A stretch of DNA of 64,000 nucleotides. It comes from Candidatus Brocadiia bacterium. GTDB lineage: Bacteria; Planctomycetota; Brocadiia; CAIUPP01. Where the stretch lies: positions 1 to 64,000 of the forward strand of contig JBEKCB010000012.1 of NCBI GenBank assembly GCA_050015075.1. Direction: 5' to 3'. The position numbers and the translations under genes are program-made. This document shows positions 1 to 9,295 of the stretch, piece after piece. Under the pieces are notes generated by a model that was not told the origin of the DNA, did no database searches, and saw only the letters and a list, made by a program, of their open reading frames with translations. Within the stretch, counting starts at the first letter, position 1. Every line of letters starts with the position of its first letter.

Positions 1-559
1 CTTGATGAAGGCGATTGACCTGGCCTCCGAGGTGAATTGCCCGATCGTCATGTCCGACGAGGGGCCGCTGCCGGCCGAATGGATGCCGCTGGAGCGCGGC
101 TTTGACATCCTTTGCATCAGCCTCGAGGCGGTCATCCGCTACGCCGGGCCGAAGGGAGTCCGCGTCGCCGTCGAGCTGCACAACGCGCTGACCACGCGGC
201 CGGAATATCTCGCGCGGCTCCTGGACCGATTCGGCCCCGGCGACCTGGGAATCAATTTCGACACGGGCAATTTCTTTCTGGCCGGAAACGATCCGGTGGA
301 GGCGCTCAAGCCGATTGCGCATCGCGTCATCCACGTCCACGCCAAGGAGATTCCCGCCTCGCAACTTCACGAGCGCGGCCATGTCACGGGGACGCGCGTC
401 GGCGTGGCCGTGGGCGACGGAGTCGTTGATTTCGCCGGCGTCGTCGCCGTGCTGGCGGCGGCCGGCTTCGACGGGACGCTGGGCGTGGAATGCGATACGC
501 TGGAGCAGGCCGTCCGGAGCCTGCCGAGGCTGCGCGCGCTGATCGGCGCGGTTGCCTGA
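1..559 (+). CDS. Sugar phosphate isomerase/epimerase (xylose isomerase-like TIM barrel), 5'-truncated by the window edge
   Basis: Metal-binding motifs VELHN, NFDTGN, HVHAKE and GVEC; the ORF runs off the window start. Confidence 0.85.
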   Translation, partial: LMKAIDLASEVNCPIVMSDEGPLPAEWMPLERGFDILCISLEAVIRYAGPKGVRVAVELHNALTTRPEYLARLLDRFGPGDLGINFDTGNFFLAGNDPVEALKPIAHRVIHVHAKEIPASQLHERGHVTGTRVGVAVGDGVVDFAGVVAVLAAAGFDGTLGVECDTLEQAVRSLPRLRALIGAVA

Positions 560-583
560 ACCCTGTTTGAGGAGACTGAGACC

Positions 584-1636
584 ATGTGCGCCGACGAAAA
601 CCTGTGGGCGGCGCCTGAGGGCGAGCCGCTCGGCCAGAGGACCAACTCGATTCGCTGGCTCCAGAAACAAATCATCCGGAAAGCCGCGCAGCTTCCGCAT
701 GACTTCGCGTCCCGCGCGGAATGGGAGGCGTTCCGCGCCAAGTTGCGCGCCGAGCTGCCGGGCATCATCGGCGTGCCCGAACTGCCGCCGCTGAGGGAGT
801 CGCTCGTGCGCGGAACGGCGCGCGTCGGAGAGGACGCGGTCTGCGAACGCGTGGACGTCTACATGGACGAGGACTACGCCATTCCGTCTTTCGTCTTCCG
901 GCCGCTCCAGCCGCCCGCCGGCCGCATGCCCGCGCTGGTCTGGAATCCGGGCTGGCCGCAGAGCAAGTGGTCCCGGTCGTATCACCAGTTCGCCTGCCAG
1001 ATGGCCCGGAAGGGATTCGTGGTGCTGATCCCCGACCACGCTCCGTTCGGCGAGGCGGCGCCGTACGAGTTCCAGGCGGTGAACCAGGTCCGGATGACGC
1101 TCGTCATGGGCATGGGCCATCTGCTGGGCATCAGCCAGCTTGCCCTGCGAGCCTGCGAGACGATGCGCGCCGGCGAGTACCTCCGGTCGCGACTGGACGT
1201 CAACCCGGAGCGCGTCGCCGTCGGCGGCTTGTGCCAGGGCGGCCAGGACACGTGGCTCTCCGCCGCGCTGGACGACCGCTTCTGCGCCGCCGCGCCGATC
1301 TGCGCGGAGACGACCTTCGCCGTCCACATGGGCGAAATGGCCAATTACATGGCCAACGGCGATTCCTCGCCCTTCCCGTTCGGCATCCTGAACCTCTGCG
1401 ACGTCGAGCATCTTCACGCGGCCATCGCCCCGCGTCCGCTCCTGGTGCGGTCGAACCTGCTGGACGAGTGGTGGCCGCTCAGCGGGTTCCACCGCGTCGA
1501 GACCTTCACGCGGAAAATCTACAAGCTCTACGGCGCCGAGGACCGCGTGGACTTCCGCTTCGAGGTCCACGAGCACGATCTCACCGGCCCCTTCGTCACC
1601 GCGCTGGAGCGTTTTCTGGTCAAGTATCTTGCCTGA
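584..1636 (+). CDS. Alpha/beta hydrolase (dienelactone hydrolase / acetyl xylan esterase-like)
   Basis: Nucleophile elbow GLCQGG, LAAALDDRF-like segment, IAPRPLL, C-terminal His; GGAG upstream. Confidence 0.8.
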   Translation: MCADENLWAAPEGEPLGQRTNSIRWLQKQIIRKAAQLPHDFASRAEWEAFRAKLRAELPGIIGVPELPPLRESLVRGTARVGEDAVCERVDVYMDEDYAIPSFVFRPLQPPAGRMPALVWNPGWPQSKWSRSYHQFACQMARKGFVVLIPDHAPFGEAAPYEFQAVNQVRMTLVMGMGHLLGISQLALRACETMRAGEYLRSRLDVNPERVAVGGLCQGGQDTWLSAALDDRFCAAAPICAETTFAVHMGEMANYMANGDSSPFPFGILNLCDVEHLHAAIAPRPLLVRSNLLDEWWPLSGFHRVETFTRKIYKLYGAEDRVDFRFEVHEHDLTGPFVTALERFLVKYLA

Positions 1637-1655
1637 CAGGGTCAGAGGTCATAAC

Positions 1656-3914
1656 GTGAAACGGCTCGTAACAGCAGGATTGCTTGTGCTTGTAGCATTT
1701 CTCACAGGCACACCGGCCTTTGCACAGGATAACGAGGAATGGAAGAAGCTTAACGACGAGGCCTCGCTGCTTTTCCAGCAGGGAAAGTATGAACGCGGGG
1801 TCGAAGTCGCAAAGAAGGCGCTTGAAATCGCCGAGAAAACCAAAGGGCCTGACGATCCCGACGTGGCCGCGAGCCTGGGCCGACTCGCGATGCTATACGA
1901 AGCCCAAGGCCAAAACGCACAAGCCGAGCCGCTCTTCGAGCGCCTGCTGGCGCTAGAAGAGAAGGCCCATGGGCCGGATCATCCCGATGTGGCTCTGATT
2001 CTGACCGTGCTCGGAAGGCTGTACTATGGACAAGGCCAGTACGCGAAGGCCGAGCCGGACTTCAAACGATCGCTGGCGATTTATGAGAAGGCGCGCGGCC
2101 CGGAGCATCCCGATGTCGCGACAAGCCTGACCGACCTCGCGCTGCTATACTACGCCCAAGGCCAGTACGCGCAGGCTGAGCCCCTCTTCAAGCGCGCACT
2201 GGCGATCAGGGAGAAGGCCCTCGGCCCGGATCATCCCGGTGTGGCCGCGAGCCTGAACAACCTCGCGGAGGTTTGGCACGCCGAAGGCCAGGACGCGCGG
2301 GCCGAACCGCTCTTGAAGCGCGCGCTGGCGATTTACGAGAAGGCTCTCGGCCCGGAGCACCTCGATGTGGCCGCGAGTCTGATGAACCTAGCCGAGCTTT
2401 GCTATGCCCAAAGCCAGTACGCGCAGGCCGAACCACTCTACAAGCGCGCGCTGGCGATCAGGGAGAAGGCTTTCGGCCCGGATCATCCCGATGTGGCCGC
2501 GAGCCTGAACGACCTCGCAGAGCTGTACCATGCCCAAAGCCAGAACGCGCAGGCCGAACCACTCTACAAGCGCGCGCTGGCGATCAGGGAGAAGGTCTTG
2601 GGCGCGGATCATCCGGGCGTAGCCCAGAGCCTGAACAACCTCGGGGAGCTTTATGACGCCGAAGGCCAGTACGCGCAGGCCGAACCGCTCTTGAAGCGCG
2701 CGCTGGCGATTTATGAGAAGGCCCTTGGCCCCGATCACCCCAATGTGGCTATGAGCCTTCAGAATCTGGCGGCGCTCTATCGAAAAACCGACCGCGTGCA
2801 AGAGGCGGAGGCTCTCGAAAGGCGCGCCACAGGGAACCGCCTCATCTTCAAAGCGAAGATCAACGGACAACCGGTCAAGCTTGTATTGGATACAGGGGCC
2901 GACACGGCAACCTTGACGAATGGTGCGGCGGCACGGCTCGGTTTGAAAGTCATTGCCCCGCCCGCAGATGCGCCGCCTGTCCCGCCTGGCAAGGTTCTCG
3001 CCAGCCTCACTGAGAAGTTCACTCTCGCGCTCGGCCAAATCAAGCCGTATGAGACAACCTTCGCGGTCGTCGCGATTCCTTCCTATGTAAATCCAGATTT
3101 CGACGGCGTGATCCCCTGGTGCCAGTGGAAGAATTCCGTCGTCCAGATTGATTTCGACCACGTCCATTTACAGATAACCGATGCGCTTCCACCTGACCTC
3201 GGCGGGTGGAACAAATGGAATTTGAAGGCTGACTCTGACTTCCTGATCTTCGAGTGCGCCAACGGCGCCGAAGCGGTGACGATAGGCATTGACACCGGAG
3301 ATCAAGACGGCGTCGGGCTCAGCGCGAAACGCTGGAAGGAGTGGCGCGCCGCACACGCCACCCCTGCCGCGACGATGGACGCCAAGCTCACACCAGGTTC
3401 CGGACTTGTGATTTCCGAAGTCTTGAGGGCCAAGACCATCACTCTCGGAGGGATCACCCTGCCGGATGTGCCGGTGACCGTGCTCGCTCAGCAAGCGGAA
3501 CTCGCATTTCACGGATGCGATGCAGTGTTAGGGGTTTTTGCCCTAACACGGTTGCAGCTCATTATTGATGGAAAAAACGGCGTTCTATACACCCGGCCCA
3601 TTGAAAAGTCATCGGCCGAGTACGACTACAACCGGCTGGGTGCCCTGTTTGTCCCGAAGGATCCCGAGAAGAGCGACGAACTCATCGCGCACGTTCCTAT
3701 ATCCAGCCCGGCTTGGGACGCAGGGATCAGGGACGGCGACATATTGCTCAGGGTCGGCGACGTTGACGTCACCAAGTGGCGAACCGATCCGCGTGTCCGT
3801 GCCAGCCAATTCTGGACTCGGCCCGCCGGAACGGAACTCACGCTGACGCTGCTGCGGGGCGACAAGACGTACGAGACCAAAGTGGTCCTGGCGGAACCGG
3901 TTCCTTGTGAATGA
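1656..3914 (+). CDS. Secreted TPR-repeat protein fused to two retropepsin-like aspartyl protease domains and a PDZ domain
   Basis: GTG start after GAGG; signal peptide ending AFA-Q; 42-aa GPDHPDVAxSLxxLA repeats; LDTGA and IDTGD motifs; SPAWDAGIRDGDIL PDZ motif. Confidence 0.85.
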   Translation: MKRLVTAGLLVLVAFLTGTPAFAQDNEEWKKLNDEASLLFQQGKYERGVEVAKKALEIAEKTKGPDDPDVAASLGRLAMLYEAQGQNAQAEPLFERLLALEEKAHGPDHPDVALILTVLGRLYYGQGQYAKAEPDFKRSLAIYEKARGPEHPDVATSLTDLALLYYAQGQYAQAEPLFKRALAIREKALGPDHPGVAASLNNLAEVWHAEGQDARAEPLLKRALAIYEKALGPEHLDVAASLMNLAELCYAQSQYAQAEPLYKRALAIREKAFGPDHPDVAASLNDLAELYHAQSQNAQAEPLYKRALAIREKVLGADHPGVAQSLNNLGELYDAEGQYAQAEPLLKRALAIYEKALGPDHPNVAMSLQNLAALYRKTDRVQEAEALERRATGNRLIFKAKINGQPVKLVLDTGADTATLTNGAAARLGLKVIAPPADAPPVPPGKVLASLTEKFTLALGQIKPYETTFAVVAIPSYVNPDFDGVIPWCQWKNSVVQIDFDHVHLQITDALPPDLGGWNKWNLKADSDFLIFECANGAEAVTIGIDTGDQDGVGLSAKRWKEWRAAHATPAATMDAKLTPGSGLVISEVLRAKTITLGGITLPDVPVTVLAQQAELAFHGCDAVLGVFALTRLQLIIDGKNGVLYTRPIEKSSAEYDYNRLGALFVPKDPEKSDELIAHVPISSPAWDAGIRDGDILLRVGDVDVTKWRTDPRVRASQFWTRPAGTELTLTLLRGDKTYETKVVLAEPVPCE
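1845..2820 (+). repeat. Intragenic 126-bp tandem repeat encoding 42-aa TPR units
   Basis: GPxHPxVA motif recurs at about 1845, 1971, 2097, 2223, 2349, 2475, 2601 and 2727. Confidence 0.9.
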
Positions 3915-3994
3915 ACGACCACGGCTGAGTCGCCGGAATAATCCACGACCGCCTTTCTTCTCTCTGCCTTGCCCGCTCTAACCGCTGATTCGAC

Positions 3995-4022
3995 TTGCGG
4001 AACTGGCCCAATTGTGTAGAAT
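3995..4022 (+). promoter_or_regulatory. Candidate sigma70 promoter for the nagB operon
   Basis: TTGCGG-16 nt-TAGAAT with an extended -10 TG. Confidence 0.5.
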
Positions 4023-4143
4023 GCTGCCCGCCGGGTTCATGATGGACCGGCGCTGAGCATCCGCCATTTCGCTCCGGGATTCGGGCCGGATCGGGTTTTT
4101 GCGTGGTCGGGTTCACTGGATTTTGCATGGAAGGAGCCGCAAG

Positions 4144-4890
4144 ATGCGCGTGATCATCGTGAAGGACACCAAGCAGTTGGGCAAGGTCTCCGCGGGCCTC
4201 ATCGCGGCGGAGATGAAGAAGAAGCCGGCGTTCGTCCTGGGACTGGCCACCGGCACCAGCCCGATCCCGCTCTACCAGGAACTCATCCGCCTGAACAAGA
4301 GCAAGGCGCTGGACTTCTCGACGACGATCACGTTCAACCTGGACGAGTACGTGGGCCTGGCGCCGACGCACGACCAGAGCTACCGCTATTTCATGAACCA
4401 GCAGCTCTTCGACTACGTCAATATCAATAAAAAAAATACGCACGTCCCGGACGGCATGGCGAAAGATGTCGAGGCGTCGTGCGAGAAGTACGAGGACATG
4501 ATGGACGACGTCGGCGGGGTGGACTGCCAGGTGCTGGGCATCGGGTCGAACGGGCACATCGGGTTCAACGAGCCGGGCACGTCGCTGGCGAGCCGGACGC
4601 ACATGACCGGGCTGACCGAGAGCACGATCAACGACAACGCGAGGTTCTTCAACAGGCGACAGGATGTCCCGACGAAGGCCATCACCATGGGCATCGGCAC
4701 GATCCTCGACGCCGACCGCGTCGTGCTGGTGGCCAACGGGCCGAGGAAGGCCGATTGCGTCGCCCGGGCGATTGAAGGCCCCATCACGGCCACGGTCCCG
4801 GCGAGCGCTCTCCAGCTCCATCCCCGCGTGACGTTCGTCGTGACCGCGGACGCCGCGACGAAGCTGACGCTGAACTGGGAGCGGGCATAA
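4144..4890 (+). CDS. nagB: Glucosamine-6-phosphate deaminase
   Basis: LGLATGTSP, TFNLDEYVGL, LGIGSNGHIGFNEPG, AITMGIGTI and PASALQLH motifs; AAGGAG RBS. Confidence 0.95.
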   Translation: MRVIIVKDTKQLGKVSAGLIAAEMKKKPAFVLGLATGTSPIPLYQELIRLNKSKALDFSTTITFNLDEYVGLAPTHDQSYRYFMNQQLFDYVNINKKNTHVPDGMAKDVEASCEKYEDMMDDVGGVDCQVLGIGSNGHIGFNEPGTSLASRTHMTGLTESTINDNARFFNRRQDVPTKAITMGIGTILDADRVVLVANGPRKADCVARAIEGPITATVPASALQLHPRVTFVVTADAATKLTLNWERA

Positions 4891-4909
4891 GAGAATGGAG
4901 GGATAACGA

Positions 4910-6190
4910 ATGAAGTTGGTCATCTTCGAGGACGCATCCTATGAGCAGTTCTACCCGCTGACGTACATGCGGCCGACGTTCGATCTGCGCTGCGGCAGCA
5001 CGCTGCTCCGCGAGAAAATCGAGCGCGCGTTCGGCCGCAAGGCGGATGTCGTGTTCGTGCGCGACTGGCTGCGCGAGGCGTACGCCGTCCGCACGTCGGC
5101 GAAGGTCAACGACCTCGGCGCGCTCGCGGGCGACGACCTCGTCCTCGTCAACGGGCGCGGCCTGTGGATCGGCGACGAGTTCCCGCCCGCCGGCCGCGAC
5201 GCGTGCGCCATGGCCGGCGCGGAGATCGTTTACGCGACGCTGACGAAACACACTGCGGCCAGAATCCAGGCGGCCGATTTCGCCGGCTTCCTCGCCGCTG
5301 CGGCCAAGGCCGTCCCCGCGGCGAAGAGCGGACTGAAACTCCTGGGCTATCCCTGGCACTTGATCGAAGAGAACGGTGCGGCGATCCGCGATGATTTCAA
5401 GAGGATCGGCCGGAGCGGCGTCCACGGCACGCTCGGCCCCAGCGCCGTCATCTGGGGGCCGCAGAACCAGGTCTATATCGCCCCGACCGCGGTCGTCGAA
5501 CCCTGTGCCGTCATTGACACGCAGGAAGGCCCGGTCATCATCGAGGAAGGCGCCCGGGTCAACCCGCACAGCCGCATCCAGGGGCCCGCCGCGATCGGCC
5601 GCGATACCCAGGTCGTCGGCGGAAAAATCCGCGAAGGGACCACCATCGGCCCGGTCTGCCGCGTCGGCGGCGAGGTCGAAGAGAGCATCATCCACGCCTA
5701 CAGCAACAAGTACCACGACGGCTTCCTGGGCCACGCCTACGTCTGCGAGTGGGTCAACCTCGGCGCGCTCACCACCAACAGCGACCTGAAGAACGACTAC
5801 TCCACCGTCGAGATCAAAGTGAAAGGACAGCTCTTCGACAGCGGCAGCACCAAGGTCGGGTGCTTCATCGGCGACCACACGAAGACGAGCATCGGCACGC
5901 TGATCAACAGCGGCACCGTCCTCGGCATGATGTCCAACATCCTCGGCGCCGGATGCCTGCTGCCCAAGAGCGTGCCGAGCTTCGTCATGTTCATGGACAA
6001 CAAGTTCTACAAGGCCGGCCTCAAGCAGCTCACCGGGACGGCGCGCACGGCCATGGGGCGCCGCAAGGTGACGATGACGCCCCAGGAAGAGGCGCTGATC
6101 CAGCGCCTGTTCGACCTGACGAAGGACGACCGCGACGAGTTGATTAAGAAGTCCAGAAAAGAGATGATGATCCAGCGAGGATTGCGCTGA
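4910..6190 (+). CDS. GlmU-like sugar-nucleotidyl/acyltransferase with left-handed beta-helix
   Basis: N-terminal FYPLTYMRPTFDLRCG; hexapeptide repeats; GGEVEES, NKYHDGFLGH and NLGALTTNSDLKN. Confidence 0.85.
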   Translation: MKLVIFEDASYEQFYPLTYMRPTFDLRCGSTLLREKIERAFGRKADVVFVRDWLREAYAVRTSAKVNDLGALAGDDLVLVNGRGLWIGDEFPPAGRDACAMAGAEIVYATLTKHTAARIQAADFAGFLAAAAKAVPAAKSGLKLLGYPWHLIEENGAAIRDDFKRIGRSGVHGTLGPSAVIWGPQNQVYIAPTAVVEPCAVIDTQEGPVIIEEGARVNPHSRIQGPAAIGRDTQVVGGKIREGTTIGPVCRVGGEVEESIIHAYSNKYHDGFLGHAYVCEWVNLGALTTNSDLKNDYSTVEIKVKGQLFDSGSTKVGCFIGDHTKTSIGTLINSGTVLGMMSNILGAGCLLPKSVPSFVMFMDNKFYKAGLKQLTGTARTAMGRRKVTMTPQEEALIQRLFDLTKDDRDELIKKSRKEMMIQRGLR

Positions 6191-6203
6191 GAAAGGAACC
6201 CCC

Positions 6204-6458
6204 ATGGCCGAGAGCATCGCCGAGCGCGTGAAGAATGTGACCGCGGAACTGCTGAAGGTGGACCCGGAGAAAGTGAAGGATTCGGCGCGGTTCGTCCAGG
6301 ACCTGGGCGCCGCCTCGATCCAGAGCATCGAACTCGTCGCGGCGTTCGAGGAGGAGTTCAACATCGAGATGGACCAGGACGAGGCGCTCAACGTCCCGTC
6401 CGTCGGCGAGGCCGTCGCGTACATCACCAAGTGCGTCGCCGAGCAGCACGGCAAGTGA
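6204..6458 (+). CDS. acpP: Acyl carrier protein with atypical attachment motif
   Basis: 84-aa acidic protein; F-x-x-DLGAASIQSIELVAAFEEEFNIE resembles the ACP consensus DLGADSLDxVEL. Confidence 0.8.
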   Translation: MAESIAERVKNVTAELLKVDPEKVKDSARFVQDLGAASIQSIELVAAFEEEFNIEMDQDEALNVPSVGEAVAYITKCVAEQHGK

Positions 6459-6560
6459 AACGCCGCCGAATGACTGCGGCGCCGCACCTGGCATGACACG
6501 CGCGTGAACCGGCCCTCTGCCGCCCTTCGAAGGGCGGCCCTGGGGCAATTTCCGGATGAC

Positions 6561-8543
6561 ATGAATCCAGACCCGCGATCCGCAGACCTCGCCGCGCCGC
6601 GCCGGCGGCTGTGGGCCGCACTGGCCTGCGCGGCGATCGTGGCCGCCGGAATCGCCGTTTACTCCAATAGCTTCAACGGCGCGTTCATCTTTGACGACGT
6701 ATCGGCCATCCAGGAAAATGCGGCGCTTCGGAGTCCCCTGCAGTCGCTGGTCCCTCCCGGAAAAGGTGGAGACAACTGGCCGCGCAGGCCGGTGACGAAT
6801 CTGACCTTCGCGCTCAATTACGCCTTCAGCGGGTTGGACGTGCGCACGTACCACGCAGGGAACCTGCTGATCCACCTGCTGGCCGCACTGACGCTCTTCG
6901 GCCTCATTCGGCGCACGCTGCTGCTGCCGGCGCTGCGCGACCGATTCGCCGGCGTCTCGGTCGCGCTGGCGGCGGCCGTGGCGTTGATCTGGACGGTGCA
7001 TCCGCTGCAGACGGAATCGGTGACGTACATGACCCAGCGGTTCGAGTCGCTGATGGGCCTCTGCTATCTGCTCACGCTCTATTGCCTGGCCCGCGGCGCC
7101 TCGAGCGAAAAGCCCTGGCGATGGTATGGCGCCGCCATCGCCGCCTGCGCCCTCGGTATGGGCGCGAAAGAAGCCATGGTCACCGCGCCGGTCGTGGCGC
7201 TGCTCTATGACCGCGCGTTCCTGTCCGGCTCGTTCGGCGAAGCGTTCCGCCGGCGACGTTTCTTCTACCTGGGCCTGGCGGCGACGTGGCTGGTTCTCGG
7301 CGCGATCCTCCTGCTGTACGAAGCGTCCGGCGGCGCGGGGTTCGGTCTGGGGATCGGGGCGTGGGAATACGCGCGCACGCAGCCGGGGGTCATTCTGCAC
7401 TACCTGCGGCTGAGCTTCTGGCCGAACTCGCTATGCTTCGACTACTCCTGGCCGATCGCGACGAGCGCCTGGCAGATCATCCCGGCGGCGGCCGGCATCG
7501 CGGCGCTGCTGGCCGGGACCTTGTGGGCGCTGTGCCGGAGGCCCGTGCTCGGGTTTTTCGGCGCGTGGTTCTTCCTGATCCTGGCGCCCAGCTCGAGCTT
7601 CCTGCCGATCGTGACGGAAGTCGCCGCTGAGCATCGGATGTATCTGCCGCTGGCGGCCGTTGTTGCGGCGGCTGTGTTCGCGCTGTATTGGATCGGCAAA
7701 CAATTCGTCCGAGGCGTGGCTGAATCTGCCGCGACGCGGAAACTCCTCGGAGGCCTCCTGGCGGCCGCAGCGCTCTTGTCGGCCGCGGCCGCACTGGGCT
7801 ACCAGACGTTCGAGCGGAACACGGATTACCGCGACGCGATCTCCATCTGGCAGGATACGGTTCAGAAGCTGCCCGGGAACGCGCGGGCATTGAACAATCT
7901 CGGCTATGCTTATTCCGAGAGGGGCCGCGCCGACGACGCGTTCCTCTGTTTCAATAAGGCTCTCGACCTGAAGACCGACTACCCCGAAGTCTACAATAAC
8001 CGGGGAGTCGCCTTCGCCAAAATTGGCCGGCCTGCCGATGCGGTCCGGGACCTCGACAAGGCTATCGAATTGAAGCCGGAATACGCCGCGGCCTACAACA
8101 ACCGCGCCGCCGTCCGCCTGAGCGCCGGCCGGTACGACGAAGCTCTGGCCGACTGCGACAAGGCCATCGCGCTGCTGCCCGACTACGCCCAGGCCTACGG
8201 CAACCGGGGCATTGCCCTGATGGGGATCAACCGCCTCGTCGAGGCGGCCCGGGACCTCGATAAGGCCATCGAATTAAGCCCCACATTCGCCGCAGCTTAC
8301 AACTACCGCGCCGTACTCCGCCTGCGCGCCGGCGGGTACATCGAAGCTCTGGCCGATTGGGGCAGGGCCATCGCGCTGCAGCCCGGCTACGCCGATGCCT
8401 ACATTAACCGCGCGTCCGCCTGGTACCTGATGAGAGAGTACGACAAGGCGTTCGCCGACCTGAAGACCTATGAGCAACTGGGCGGCCGCCCGGATCCCAG
8501 ATTTGTCGAGCAGCTTTACCACGACGCCGGACGGACAAAGTGA
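6561..8543 (+). CDS. TMTC-like GT-C membrane glycosyltransferase with C-terminal TPRs
   Basis: FIFDD, RPVTNLT, VHPLQTESVTY, KE and AEHRMYLP motifs; many TM segments; 34-aa AYNNRG TPRs. Confidence 0.85.
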   Translation: MNPDPRSADLAAPRRRLWAALACAAIVAAGIAVYSNSFNGAFIFDDVSAIQENAALRSPLQSLVPPGKGGDNWPRRPVTNLTFALNYAFSGLDVRTYHAGNLLIHLLAALTLFGLIRRTLLLPALRDRFAGVSVALAAAVALIWTVHPLQTESVTYMTQRFESLMGLCYLLTLYCLARGASSEKPWRWYGAAIAACALGMGAKEAMVTAPVVALLYDRAFLSGSFGEAFRRRRFFYLGLAATWLVLGAILLLYEASGGAGFGLGIGAWEYARTQPGVILHYLRLSFWPNSLCFDYSWPIATSAWQIIPAAAGIAALLAGTLWALCRRPVLGFFGAWFFLILAPSSSFLPIVTEVAAEHRMYLPLAAVVAAAVFALYWIGKQFVRGVAESAATRKLLGGLLAAAALLSAAAALGYQTFERNTDYRDAISIWQDTVQKLPGNARALNNLGYAYSERGRADDAFLCFNKALDLKTDYPEVYNNRGVAFAKIGRPADAVRDLDKAIELKPEYAAAYNNRAAVRLSAGRYDEALADCDKAIALLPDYAQAYGNRGIALMGINRLVEAARDLDKAIELSPTFAAAYNYRAVLRLRAGGYIEALADWGRAIALQPGYADAYINRASAWYLMREYDKAFADLKTYEQLGGRPDPRFVEQLYHDAGRTK

Positions 8544-8596
8544 CACGGACTTGGACATGGCCTTCGAAGGCCTGATCGCACCGCGGCGAGCGGGCA

Positions 8597-8625
8597 TTGA
8601 CATCCCCATCCTGCGCCGCCATAAT
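8597..8625 (+). promoter_or_regulatory. Candidate sigma70 promoter
   Basis: TTGACA-17 nt-CATAAT upstream of 8679. Confidence 0.65.
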
Positions 8626-8678
8626 CCATGCGCAGCGGCGCCCCGGAGTTCATTGGACAGCGATGCTCAGGAGGGAAC

Positions 8679-9272
8679 ATGCCGGACAAGTTGAGCGTTG
8701 AGCGCGGCCGAACGGCCGTCTTGATCATGGACTACCAGACCGACATCGTCGGTTACGTGGGGGCGCAGCAGGAGCCGCTCTTGAAGCGCGCAGCCCGCGT
8801 CCTCCAGGAATCGCGCGACGCGAAAATCCCGGTGATCTACGTCGTGGTGGGTTTTCGCGCGGACTATCCCGAAATCAGCCCGCGCAATTCGAGGTTCGGC
8901 GCGATCAAGCAGACCGGGCGTTTCATGGCCAACGCGCCCGGTTCGGAGGTGCACGCCGCCGTCGCCCCTCAAGCCGGAGACATCACGGTCGTCAAGCACC
9001 GTGTGAGCGCGTTTTCCGGCACCGACCTGGAGATGATCCTGCGCGCGAAGGAGATCGAGACGCTGGTCCTGCTCGGAATCGCCACCAGCGGCGTAGTCCT
9101 GTCCACGCTTCGGCACGCCGCCGATGCGGACTATCGCTGCATCGTCCTGAAGGACTGCTGCGCGGACCGCGACGCGGAAGTCCATCGCTGCCTGGTCGAG
9201 AAGGTATTTCCCATGCAGGCGACGGTGGTCGCGTCCGAGGAATTCCTGGCCGCGATTCGAACTCAAGCGTAG
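8679..9272 (+). CDS. Isochorismatase / cysteine hydrolase family protein
   Basis: AVLIMDYQ, KHRVSAF, GIATSGVVLST and DCCAD motifs; GGAGG RBS. Confidence 0.9.
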   Translation: MPDKLSVERGRTAVLIMDYQTDIVGYVGAQQEPLLKRAARVLQESRDAKIPVIYVVVGFRADYPEISPRNSRFGAIKQTGRFMANAPGSEVHAAVAPQAGDITVVKHRVSAFSGTDLEMILRAKEIETLVLLGIATSGVVLSTLRHAADADYRCIVLKDCCADRDAEVHRCLVEKVFPMQATVVASEEFLAAIRTQA

Positions 9273-9295
9273 TCAGCGGTTCGGAATTCGACGCC

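Noticed and set aside
1845-2820. Regular repeats resembling a CRISPR array
   Set aside because: In-frame 126-bp coding TPR units with no unique spacers and no cas genes.
4023-4143. glmS ribozyme upstream of nagB
   Set aside because: Hairpins are present but the conserved glmS core could not be matched.
8679-9272. Missing catalytic Cys suggesting a pseudogene
   Set aside because: GIATSGVV is a familiar variant in this family and the ORF is intact.
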